Shown one piece after another: positions 12,643 through 20,940 of a DNA stretch of 58,006 bases (its first letter is position 1; every line of letters starts with the position of its first letter). The DNA lies in NCBI GenBank assembly GCA_023512725.1, contig JAILZB010000003.1, positions 1 to 58,006 of the forward strand. Direction: 5' to 3'. Made by a program: the position numbers and the translations under genes. This DNA is from Chloroflexota bacterium. Its GTDB lineage: Bacteria > Chloroflexota > Dehalococcoidia > SpSt-223. Under the pieces are notes generated by a model. It worked only from the letters and a program-made list of their open reading frames with translations, ran no database searches and had not been told where the DNA came from.

Positions 12643-12791
12643 CCGCCCTGCTTCGACCGGGACGGGCCACTGAGCGGCATCCTCACCGGGTCCGCTGCCG
12701 CCAAGGTCGTCGGTAGCAGACCAGCCAAGGGCAGGCGACGAAGCGCAGGCTCGCGCGGGTGTTCCCGCCAAACATGCCGTGGAGGGTTCTC

Positions 12792-13121
12792 GTGCAGCGC
12801 ATCTATGGCAAGAGCTACCTAACGAGCCGGCTGGAGGTGCACAAGCCGATCGCCAGCCTGCCCACGGTGGCCGCGCTTCCTGGACCGAACAGCCCTACTC
12901 CGCGTCGCCGGCGCACCATCGTCTGCTCGAACCTGCTGGTCGAAGGCGAAAGCTGGGACCTGGAGACCGCCCGCGCCCGCATGAAGGAGACCCTTAAGGG
13001 CGATAAGGCCGACCTCCGCTGCAAGAAACGCCCTGGCGTGCTGATCCGCGCCGACTGGGCGCTCGACGTCTGCCTCTCGTCGTGGTGCCGCAACTGCCCC
13101 TTCCTCGACTCCGGCCACTGA
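12792..13121 (+). CDS. Small Cys-rich hypothetical protein (109 aa), putative Zn or Fe-S binding
   Basis: SD GGAGG (12781-85) then GTG; codon usage typical for this window; C...C-x16-C-x4-C-x2-CPF at the C-terminus. Confidence 0.7.
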   Translation: MQRIYGKSYLTSRLEVHKPIASLPTVAALPGPNSPTPRRRRTIVCSNLLVEGESWDLETARARMKETLKGDKADLRCKKRPGVLIRADWALDVCLSSWCRNCPFLDSGH

Positions 13122-13292
13122 GCAGGAACTCAACCCCGTCAGCGCAGCCCAGCGGGGCGGACCGCCCCAGGCACTGGATCACCAAAATATGGGAGCCAGG
13201 CAGCCCGGCGAGGGCCACGATCCTGGAGCCAGGCGGTCTTCCCGCTGCAGTCCAGACAGTCCGTACATGCACGGCGTACTAGCCCGATCGGA

Positions 13293-14381
13293 CTAGCCCA
13301 TCCCGTCAGTTCCTCCGTCCGCGCTCTTGCTCCCCAACCCGCTCACCGCCGCCAGCCCAGCCACACTCACCAGCGCAACAGCGAGCCCCGCGAGCATTCC
13401 CCCACTTCGCGCGGGTGGCATCCCGGTTCCGGCGAGGGTAGCGTAGCCGGGGACCTCCGCAGGTGAGCGGACCGCGCCGACTAGCTGGCCCCCACCCCGT
13501 AGCGGGGCCAGCGTAGTCTCGTCTCCCGCCGCGATCACCGCAATCGCTGGAGGGTTCCCGCCCGGGCGGAGCGTCCCGAGCCAGCGGGTAGCGCTGCCGG
13601 CCTCCGCCGCGACCACGACGATCAGCTCGAGCGGTCGGCCGTGGGTGGCTCGCCGAAGTGCGGGGTCGGTGGGGGCTCCAGAGGGGCGTTCTCGTCCGCC
13701 GAGGCGGCGGGCCGTTTCACTGCTTGTCGCAACCCGACCGAGGGAGGTCAGCCGCTCGCCGAGTTCCGCCGCCGCCCATTCCACGGGGAGCATGCTCTCG
13801 GTGGTGACCGCCACGATACTTGCCTCTCGAGCGGCGAGGTGGCGAAGGACACTCTGCTCTCCAGGGCGAAGAGCCGCTGCCTGTGCTTCCGAGTAGTCGA
13901 AGACGACGAGCACCGCCGCCCCTGGCTCCAGCCGGTCGATCGCGCTGTAGGCACGCACCACATCCGGAGAAGGAAGGTCCTCCTGAGGCGGAGGAAGCAG
14001 CATCAGCGCGCCTAGCAGGATCGCCGCCAGCACGACAGCCGCAGCCACCGTGCGCCAGGGTATCCGCCGCCGCGAGCTACCTCGCTGGGTGGCGACACGC
14101 GCTTTGCCAGGCCGCTCGTCGGAGAAGGTCGCTACCCGTGGGCGTGGGAGCGCGGTCGGCGAAGTGCTGGGAGGCGTCGGCGGTGTCAGCGGAACGGTTG
14201 GGTCGGGCAGAGGGGGCAGTGGCTCCGGCTCGGCAGCAGGCATTGCGGCCGAATCGGCGAGCAGCCATTCCGGGAGATCGGGAGAGGGCGAGGTCAGGAC
14301 GAGCGGCTCGCTGCCCTCACCCAACCAGGCAGGGAGGGGCGGAGCGACCAACGCAGGCTCACGTTCCGGCAGAGCGGTCAC
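13293..14381 (-). CDS. Hypothetical membrane protein with a Pro-rich N-terminus
   Basis: Low-complexity N-terminus with LPAWL/LPEWL, a central TM helix, an alpha/beta domain (VVFDYS) and a C-terminal TM helix. Confidence 0.7.
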   Translation of the reverse strand: MTALPEREPALVAPPLPAWLGEGSEPLVLTSPSPDLPEWLLADSAAMPAAEPEPLPPLPDPTVPLTPPTPPSTSPTALPRPRVATFSDERPGKARVATQRGSSRRRIPWRTVAAAVVLAAILLGALMLLPPPQEDLPSPDVVRAYSAIDRLEPGAAVLVVFDYSEAQAAALRPGEQSVLRHLAAREASIVAVTTESMLPVEWAAAELGERLTSLGRVATSSETARRLGGRERPSGAPTDPALRRATHGRPLELIVVVAAEAGSATRWLGTLRPGGNPPAIAVIAAGDETTLAPLRGGGQLVGAVRSPAEVPGYATLAGTGMPPARSGGMLAGLAVALVSVAGLAAVSGLGSKSADGGTDGMG

Positions 14382-14445
14382 CGCCTAGCGACTCTAGTGC
14401 GCCTGGTTAGCCGCTGCTAGAGGTTCGGAACTCAGGACAAGGGCT

Positions 14446-14682
14446 TTAGAGGGGCAGGTTGAGGAACTCGGCCATCACCTGCTGGAGCTGCTGGCGGTCT
14501 TCTGGGATCCCGAGGTTCAGGCCGTAGTGGTTGATCAGGCGCGGCATCAACACCATCCACTCGTTCCAGCAGTCCTGGCAGACCTGCTCCTGGATGATGG
14601 CCCCATACTTGCCCGGAGGCTTCATTGCCAGGCCCGGCTTGGTCTGCTGGCAGCGTGCGCAGAGGATATTCGTATGCGCCAC
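14446..14682 (-). CDS. Fe(II)-trafficking / oxidative-damage protection protein, YggX-like
   Basis: Pattern C..C...GL...P..G..I...VC..CW.EW...LIN.YGL.L...R..L...M.EFL; SD GGAGG. Confidence 0.85.
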   Translation of the reverse strand: MAHTNILCARCQQTKPGLAMKPPGKYGAIIQEQVCQDCWNEWMVLMPRLINHYGLNLGIPEDRQQLQQVMAEFLNLPL

Positions 14683-14724
14683 GAGGCCTCCCAGGAGCTG
14701 CTTCCGTCCCTTCCGCCCCTGCCC

Positions 14725-15672
14725 CTATTGTAGGGTCTCAGCGTAGAAGCGCAGCATTCGCTCGCGGTAGGCGAGCGGCTCCAGCAGGTAGGCGCGTGCG
14801 TGGAGCGCCCCAGGGACGATCCAGAACTGGTCGCGGGGGTTATTGGCCATCTCTTTCAGGTGGCGAGAGTGCTCTGCGGGGACGCGGGGGTCGTTACTGA
14901 CGTGGATATAGAACACCGGCCGGGGTGGGATCGCCGTCACGTGCCGGATCGGCGCGATGGCGTCCAGGTCGAGGCCATAGAGCAGGCGACCGAAGAGGGT
15001 CACCCCCGGACCGAAGATGGGGGGCAGGCCGGTTCGCCGGCTGACCTCACCACCAAGCACCGGCCGGATATCGGCAAAGGGACTATCGGCGATCACGCTC
15101 CTCACGTCGGGGAGTTCGGCGGCAGCATTGATAGCAGTCGCCGCCCCGTACGAGGTGCCGTGGAGGCCAACGGGCCCGCGGAAGCCCCGCTCTCGCAGAA
15201 AGGCGATCGCTCCGGCAACATCGCGTCGCTCTCCCCAGGCGAGGCCGAGCTGGTCTCCTCCCGAGTAGCCATGGCCACGCAGGTCGAACATCAGCACGGG
15301 GTAGCCCGCTTCGACTAGGTCACGCGCGATCTCAAGACTGGCAGTATTGGTCAGTGCGCGGTTGCCATCCAAGCCGTGGACCATCACCACCGGGCGATCG
15401 CCCTGGGCGGGAAGGTACCACCCACTGAGGGAGATGCCAGCTTCAGCGCTGGGAAACTGGACCGGCTGGTAGCGCAGACCGAGTTCAGCCGGGTTGCGGA
15501 GCACGAGGTTACGCCGCGGGTGGACCGCTTCGGTCGTGACATAGGCACTCAGCCCGAGATAGCCGAAGATCAGCAGCAGGACCAGTGCCAGGACGACGCT
15601 CAGCAGCGCCCGCCCGACGCTTGCCAGCAGCGGGAAGCGCAGCGAGCGGACGCGCTCAGCCTGAGAGGCCAT
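14725..15672 (-). CDS. Membrane-anchored alpha/beta hydrolase
   Basis: N-terminal TM, then VHG, DLRGHGYS, nucleophile elbow GTSYG, DPRVP and GALH. Confidence 0.9.
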   Translation of the reverse strand: MASQAERVRSLRFPLLASVGRALLSVVLALVLLLIFGYLGLSAYVTTEAVHPRRNLVLRNPAELGLRYQPVQFPSAEAGISLSGWYLPAQGDRPVVMVHGLDGNRALTNTASLEIARDLVEAGYPVLMFDLRGHGYSGGDQLGLAWGERRDVAGAIAFLRERGFRGPVGLHGTSYGAATAINAAAELPDVRSVIADSPFADIRPVLGGEVSRRTGLPPIFGPGVTLFGRLLYGLDLDAIAPIRHVTAIPPRPVFYIHVSNDPRVPAEHSRHLKEMANNPRDQFWIVPGALHARAYLLEPLAYRERMLRFYAETLQ

Positions 15673-15792
15673 GCTCACATTCTACCGGGTCTGGATGCTC
15701 TATACTGGAGGAAGAGGGCGACCGCCTCCGAGCAGGATCTCACCCCGCCAGGAACCGGTGTGGTCAGCCTGGGAGCAGGGAAGGAGTCCAGC

Positions 15793-18399
15793 GTGACCGA
15801 GCGCGAGCCCAATCAACTGCCAAGGCAGCGGTCGGCGCGTCCCCGGCGGGCGTGGCAGGAGCTGGATGCCACCCGCCGCGCGCTACAGGAACAGCTCGCC
15901 CAGGCAAGCACGGCGCGCGCGGCGCTCGAGCAGCTGGAAACGGTTGCCCGTGCCTGGCTGGGTATCCCCATCTCCCTCGTGCCGGCTACTGACCTGCTGC
16001 CGCCTGGCCAGCCGATCACCTGGCGCGGCCGCCCGGTCGGGGTGCTCCAGCTCGCTGAGGAGGCGGAGGTCACGGAGGAACAGCGGGCCGTGCTGAGCGT
16101 GGTGGCGGCACCTCTCCTTGCCGAGCTCGTCGCCGAGGAAGCGCTGGCCCAGCTGGAACGGGACCTCCGCCAGCGCGAGGCCGAACTGACGACCCTGCTT
16201 GACCTGTTGCCGATCGGGGTTGCCTACTGCTCAGCCGATCTCACGCGGCTACGCACTAACTCCGCAGCCGACCAGATCGCTGGTGCCGGTTCCTTCTCTC
16301 CCACCCGCCCGCCGGGCGTCCCGAGCCGTCTTCTCGATGCGCGCACCTACCAGCCACTCCCCCTTCGCCTCACTCCCCTGCGCCAGGCGTTAGCGGGGGT
16401 GGAGACACCCCTGCAGGAGTTCGTGGTCCGCCCCCCTCAATCGGCGCAGAACCGGTGGGTCCGCCTGGCGGCGCGCCCGGTTCGCTTTGGAGGGGAGATC
16501 ACCGGGGCGTTCGCAGTGTTCATCGATGCAACTGCGGAAGTCGCCGCCCAGCAGCTCGTGTTCGAGACGCTAACCTGTGGTGTGCTGGTCCATGGCCCCG
16601 CTGGACAGCTGCTCTTTGCCAACCGCGCGGCCGCGCGCCTGCTCGGCGCTTCCGACCCGGGGACGGTCGAGGAGATGCTGGCGCGTAGTGTCCAGCCCGT
16701 GCCTGCTGACGCTGCCCTCCCCTGGGAAGTCGTCCGCACGAGTGGCCGCGAAGCCGCTACTGGCCTCCTTGTCCTCGAGCGTGCTGGTCAGCCGGTCTAC
16801 CTTGAGGTAATGAGCTGCCCGGTCTGGCGCCCGGATGGGGTACTCGACCAGGTCGTCAGCACGCTGATCGAAGTAACGGCGAATTGGCAGGCTCGGGAAA
16901 CCCTGGCAGCCTCCGAGCACCGGCTGCGCGTGATCTTCGAGCAAGCGGCGATCGGGATCGCCGTCCTCGACCAGAGCGGTCGGATCACGGCGGTGAACCG
17001 GCGGCTCCAGCAGTTTCTCCAGCGTGAGGAGCCAGCGCTGCTTGGGCTGCCGTTTGTCGAGCTTGTCCATCCCGGTACCGCCTTCGACCTGGCCACGGTT
17101 CTCGACGACCTTCGCCAGGGGAGGGCCGAGTATCTCGAGCGGGAGCTGCGCTTCCTGAGTGCCGCCGGAGCACTTCGCTGGGGGCGAGCGACCGTTGTCA
17201 GCGTCCGTGACGAGCGGGGCGAGCAGTGGTTCTTCACCTGTGTCGAAGACGTGACGGACCAGCGCGAGGCCGAAAGCCGGCTGGAGGCGATGCTGCAAGC
17301 GGAGAAGCTGCGCGCGCTGGGGCAGATGGTGAGCGGCGTCGCGCATGACTTGAACCAGTACCTCGGCCTGATCTCTGGTCACAGCGAGCTCGTCCTCGGT
17401 GAGCTCGAGCGCGGCACGCTCGACCCGGAGCAGCTGCGGGAAGCCCTCGGCGTGGTCATCCAGGCCGCGATGGACGGCGCTGAAGTCGTGCGGCGCTTGC
17501 AGTCGTTCGGCCGGGGCCAGTCTGGGAGCTCACCCCAGCGGGTCGACCTTGGGGAGCTGCTGCGCGAGATCGCCAAGCTAACTGCCCCGAAATGGCGCGA
17601 TGCGCCGCAGCAGGAGGGGCGTCCGATCACCCTCCACGTCGAGACCGAGAGTGACCTAGTGATCGAAGGGTGGCCGGAGGAGCTCCGCGAGGCGCTGACC
17701 AACCTGGTCTTCAATGCCGTCGATGCCATGCCCCGGGGTGGCACCATCCGACTGGCGTCCAACCGGAGCGGCGACGAGGTGGAAGTGCTGGTGGCTGATG
17801 ATGGCGTGGGGATGCCACCTGAGGTCCAGCGCCGCGTGTTCGAGCCGTTCTTCACCACCAAGGGGGATCGGGGCTCCGGGCTGGGCCTCTCGATCGTCTA
17901 TGCCACCGTTGAGCGCCACCGCGGCCGGATCGCGCTTACCTCGGCCCCGGGCAGCGGCACCACCTTCCGACTGCTCTTTCCCGCCGCGCCCTCCCCTCAC
18001 CCGGCAGCTGCCAGTGCCCCGCCTCCGGTGAGCCAGCGGCGACTGCACGCCCTCGCGGTGGATGACGACCCCGCGCTCGCGCGGATGCTGGCGCTCATGC
18101 TCGAGAACGATGGCCACACCGTGACGGTCGCTCTGTCGGGCGAAGAGGCGCTCCGCTTGCTGGCGACCACGCCGGTCGACCTGGTGATCTCCGACCTGGG
18201 CATGGGCACCGGGATGAACGGCTGGGAGCTTGCCGAGCACGTCCGCCAGCGGTTCCCCGACCTCCCGGTGGTGTTCGCGACCGGCTGGGGATCGGAGATC
18301 GATAGCGAAGAGGCGCGCCGCCGTGGCATCGCGGGGATCATCAGCAAGCCGTACCGGCTGCACGACCTGCGCCGCCTGCTCGCCCAGCTCACCCGCTAA
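15793..18399 (+). CDS. Cytoplasmic hybrid sensor histidine kinase (about 3 PAS domains, HisKA, HATPase, REC)
   Basis: Motifs GVAHDLNQ, NLVFNAVDAM, DDGVGM, FEPFFTTKG and GLGLS; receiver domain VDDD..SD..KP. GTG start after AAGGAG. Confidence 0.93.
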   Translation: MTEREPNQLPRQRSARPRRAWQELDATRRALQEQLAQASTARAALEQLETVARAWLGIPISLVPATDLLPPGQPITWRGRPVGVLQLAEEAEVTEEQRAVLSVVAAPLLAELVAEEALAQLERDLRQREAELTTLLDLLPIGVAYCSADLTRLRTNSAADQIAGAGSFSPTRPPGVPSRLLDARTYQPLPLRLTPLRQALAGVETPLQEFVVRPPQSAQNRWVRLAARPVRFGGEITGAFAVFIDATAEVAAQQLVFETLTCGVLVHGPAGQLLFANRAAARLLGASDPGTVEEMLARSVQPVPADAALPWEVVRTSGREAATGLLVLERAGQPVYLEVMSCPVWRPDGVLDQVVSTLIEVTANWQARETLAASEHRLRVIFEQAAIGIAVLDQSGRITAVNRRLQQFLQREEPALLGLPFVELVHPGTAFDLATVLDDLRQGRAEYLERELRFLSAAGALRWGRATVVSVRDERGEQWFFTCVEDVTDQREAESRLEAMLQAEKLRALGQMVSGVAHDLNQYLGLISGHSELVLGELERGTLDPEQLREALGVVIQAAMDGAEVVRRLQSFGRGQSGSSPQRVDLGELLREIAKLTAPKWRDAPQQEGRPITLHVETESDLVIEGWPEELREALTNLVFNAVDAMPRGGTIRLASNRSGDEVEVLVADDGVGMPPEVQRRVFEPFFTTKGDRGSGLGLSIVYATVERHRGRIALTSAPGSGTTFRLLFPAAPSPHPAAASAPPPVSQRRLHALAVDDDPALARMLALMLENDGHTVTVALSGEEALRLLATTPVDLVISDLGMGTGMNGWELAEHVRQRFPDLPVVFATGWGSEIDSEEARRRGIAGIISKPYRLHDLRRLLAQLTR

Positions 18400-19262
18400 G
18401 CCGCGGTGGCGAGTGTCGTCGAGGGCACCCCAGCCGGCCAGCCCAGGTAGGCAGCGGCAGCTTCTCCCAGCACCAGCTGGCGCTCGCGCTCGTTCGCGAA
18501 AGGCAGCGCCTGGCGGAACAGATCGACTTCCTGGCGGTAGGTCGCGCGCCCACGGGCACGCTGCTGGGTGTGGTCCGTCCCGAAGAAGCAGCGCTCGGCG
18601 CCAAACGTTGCCACCACCCGCATGACCAGCGCGTGGACGTCGGGGAAGGGATAGCCCAGCCGCGAGCGGGAGGGGAGGGTCGAGAGCTTGACAGCGACGT
18701 TCGGATAGCGAGCCAGGGCGAGCAGGCCCGGCAGGTCGGGGTGCTCAGCGCTGACGTCGATCGGGGGCAGGCCAAGATGGTCGATGACCAGCTTGAGGTG
18801 CGGGAACCGCTCGAGCACGGCCGCGGCGACGGCGATATCTCCGGCGAGGAAGACTGCCACCGGTGTCTGGGTACGCTCGCAGGCGGCCCAGAACCGGTCG
18901 GCTGCACGCTCGTGCGGCCAGCGCGCCCGCTCGGCGGGGTGGAGATGGGTGCGGATGCCCAGCATTCCGGGCTGCTGGCGCCAGCGCACGACCTGCTCCT
19001 CGATCTCCTCAGCCAGGACGTCGATCAACCCCATGACGGCGAAGCGGTCCGGGTAGGCTGCCGCGCACTCCAGGGCGAAGCGGTTGTCCGTCCCCATGAT
19101 CCCAGGCGGGACGATAATGGCCCGGTCGACACCCGATTCGTCCATCAGGGGCAGGAACTCCTGCGGCCCGAACGGGGTGGGCAGGCTTGGCCGACGGTCC
19201 GGGCGCCAGGGGCGGTCCGGGCGTTCTGCCTCCCAGAGGTGGATCTGGGTGTCGAGGATCAT
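18396..19262 (-). CDS. Amidohydrolase_2 family protein (COG3618, lactonase-like)
   Basis: Motifs ILDTQIHLW, GIR, IDHLG, VKLS and FGTD. Confidence 0.88.
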   Translation of the reverse strand: MILDTQIHLWEAERPDRPWRPDRRPSLPTPFGPQEFLPLMDESGVDRAIIVPPGIMGTDNRFALECAAAYPDRFAVMGLIDVLAEEIEEQVVRWRQQPGMLGIRTHLHPAERARWPHERAADRFWAACERTQTPVAVFLAGDIAVAAAVLERFPHLKLVIDHLGLPPIDVSAEHPDLPGLLALARYPNVAVKLSTLPSRSRLGYPFPDVHALVMRVVATFGAERCFFGTDHTQQRARGRATYRQEVDLFRQALPFANERERQLVLGEAAAAYLGWPAGVPSTTLATAA

Positions 19263-19344
19263 GCGCTTCCCTCTGCCCAGCCTGGCCGGGCGACGGTGCT
19301 ATCATAGGCCCACTGGCCCGCTGGTGGGCGCGGTGGAGGTTGGT

Positions 19345-20940
19345 GTGACCCTCGAACAGTTTGGCCGGCGCCGCGCGGGTGGGGTGCTTTCCGCCCGCGA
19401 AGTCGAGCTGGCTGCCCGCAACGGGCGAACGCTCGTTCTTCCTGCTTCGACGCTGATCACTCCAGCAGCGCGTGACCGGGCCCGTGAACTCGGCGTGACG
19501 ATCCAACTTCAGCGCGAGGTTGCGCCGCTCGCTCCCCCCACGGCCGCGGTCACCACCCTGCCCGGCAGCTACGACCTGATCGAGCCGCTGGCGGCCTTCG
19601 TGCTGGCCGCGGCTTCCAACGAGCTCCCCCCCGGGGTGATCGAGACGACCAAAGTGCTCCTGCTCGATTCGATCGCCGTCGGCTACGCGGGTACCCTCGC
19701 TGAGGGCGTGCGTGCGGTCATCGCCGGGCTCTCGGCCCGCCGCCAGGCGGAACGCGGCCACGTGATCGGCCAGCGCCAGAAGCTGCCTCCCCCGGAAGCA
19801 GCGCTCTGCAACGGTGCCCTCATCCACTCACTCGAATTTGACTCCGCCTTCGACGAGGGGTTGATCCATCCGATGGCAGGAGTTGTCCCGGCAGCACTGG
19901 CGCTGGCAGACGAACTCCGCCTCAGCCGCGGGCTGCCGCTGCTCACTGCCATCGCGGTGGGTGGCGAGATCGCCTGTCGGATCTCCTATGCTGCCACCGG
20001 TACGCCTCCCTTCTACCGCTGCGGTGCCATGGCCGCCTTTGGCGGGGTTGCCGCTGCGGGAGTCTTGCTCGACCTCGACCAGGATGCGCTCGTCCGTGCC
20101 TTCGGGATCGCCTACCACCAGGCCGTGATGCCCTGGCTCGCGCACGAAGAGGGGTCTCCCATTCACGGCGCGTTGCCTGGCTTCGGTGCTCACGCCGCGG
20201 TGGTCGCAGCACGGCTGGCGGCGGGTGGCGCCAGTGGCCCCCGCCGCGTCCTGGAAGGCGAGGCGGGCTACTTCCGTGCCTGCGAGGGTGGCGCCTGGGA
20301 CCGCGCGCGCGCGCTGGATGGCCTGGGGGCCTCCTGGCTCCTCCAGGCGATCAGCCTGAAACCGTACCCCTCCGGTCGGCTGACCCACGGGGCGATCGAC
20401 GGTGTCCTCCAGCTGCGGGCGGCCCACGGACTGCGACCAGAGCAGGTCCGCCAGATCACCATCGCGGCGAGCCAGATCATCGCCCACCGAACTGGCCGCA
20501 AGCCGGAGCCATCTGCCTCGCTGGTCAACCAGCGGCTGAGCGTGCCCTTCGTGGTGGCGCAGGCCCTGCGACGCGGTGCCGTTGGCCTCGACTGCTTCGG
20601 CCCGGCTGAGGTCGCCCATCCTGAGGTCCAGGCGCTGATGGAGCGGGTTCAGGTAGTGGCTGCGCCCGACATCCCCCCGACCGACCTGGCGCCGGTGCGG
20701 GTCTGCATCGAGACGGTCGAGGGGGCCCGGCTCGAAACGGAGGTCCGCCAGCTGCTGGGGAGCCCTGCCCGCCCCCTGAGCCGCGAGGAGCGGCTGGCCA
20801 AGCTCGCCCACTGCTGGCAGGTCTCTGGCCAGCCTGCCTACCGCCGCCCGGCCCGACTGGCTGAGACGATCGAGCACCTGGATGAGGCGAACTCACTGGC
20901 GGCCTTCTGGGCCGCCGTCGCCCCCCAGGCTACCCCGTGA
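19345..20940 (+). CDS. MmgE/PrpD family protein with an extra N-terminal domain
   Basis: Motifs LLDSIAVGYAG, AALCNG..IHSLEFD..HP, LEGEAG, KPYPSG..TH and GSP..PLS. SD GGAGG before GTG 19345. Confidence 0.9.
   Translation: MTLEQFGRRRAGGVLSAREVELAARNGRTLVLPASTLITPAARDRARELGVTIQLQREVAPLAPPTAAVTTLPGSYDLIEPLAAFVLAAASNELPPGVIETTKVLLLDSIAVGYAGTLAEGVRAVIAGLSARRQAERGHVIGQRQKLPPPEAALCNGALIHSLEFDSAFDEGLIHPMAGVVPAALALADELRLSRGLPLLTAIAVGGEIACRISYAATGTPPFYRCGAMAAFGGVAAAGVLLDLDQDALVRAFGIAYHQAVMPWLAHEEGSPIHGALPGFGAHAAVVAARLAAGGASGPRRVLEGEAGYFRACEGGAWDRARALDGLGASWLLQAISLKPYPSGRLTHGAIDGVLQLRAAHGLRPEQVRQITIAASQIIAHRTGRKPEPSASLVNQRLSVPFVVAQALRRGAVGLDCFGPAEVAHPEVQALMERVQVVAAPDIPPTDLAPVRVCIETVEGARLETEVRQLLGSPARPLSREERLAKLAHCWQVSGQPAYRRPARLAETIEHLDEANSLAAFWAAVAPQATP

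Noticed and set aside
12557-12650. Possible oriC
   Set aside because: Only two DnaA boxes, no AT-rich unwinding element or DnaA-trio run, and no dnaA/dnaN nearby.
12714-12716. In-frame TAG upstream of the Cys-rich ORF as a recoding (pyrrolysine/read-through) site
   Set aside because: The upstream frame has poor codon usage, and a strong SD with GTG at 12792 explains the gene.
12568-12822. 84-aa ORF MRIRDQVVDKSVEK...
   Set aside because: 'VDKSVEK' is simply the translation of the tandem DnaA boxes. There is no clear SD, and it overlaps a better-supported promoter and gene.
13121-13296. Palindromes GGGGCGGACCGCCCC and CTAGCCCGATCGGACTAG, and a GGAGCCAGG repeat, as an sRNA or REP element
   Set aside because: Short, GC-rich and single-copy in the window; compatible with chance or a simple terminator-like hairpin.
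15376-15792. Long N-terminal extensions in the ORF track (also mnmA, PrpD, Slt, ADH and the 55005..56600 ORF)
   Set aside because: They overlap neighbouring genes or promoters. SD- or -10-supported internal starts fit the family lengths better.
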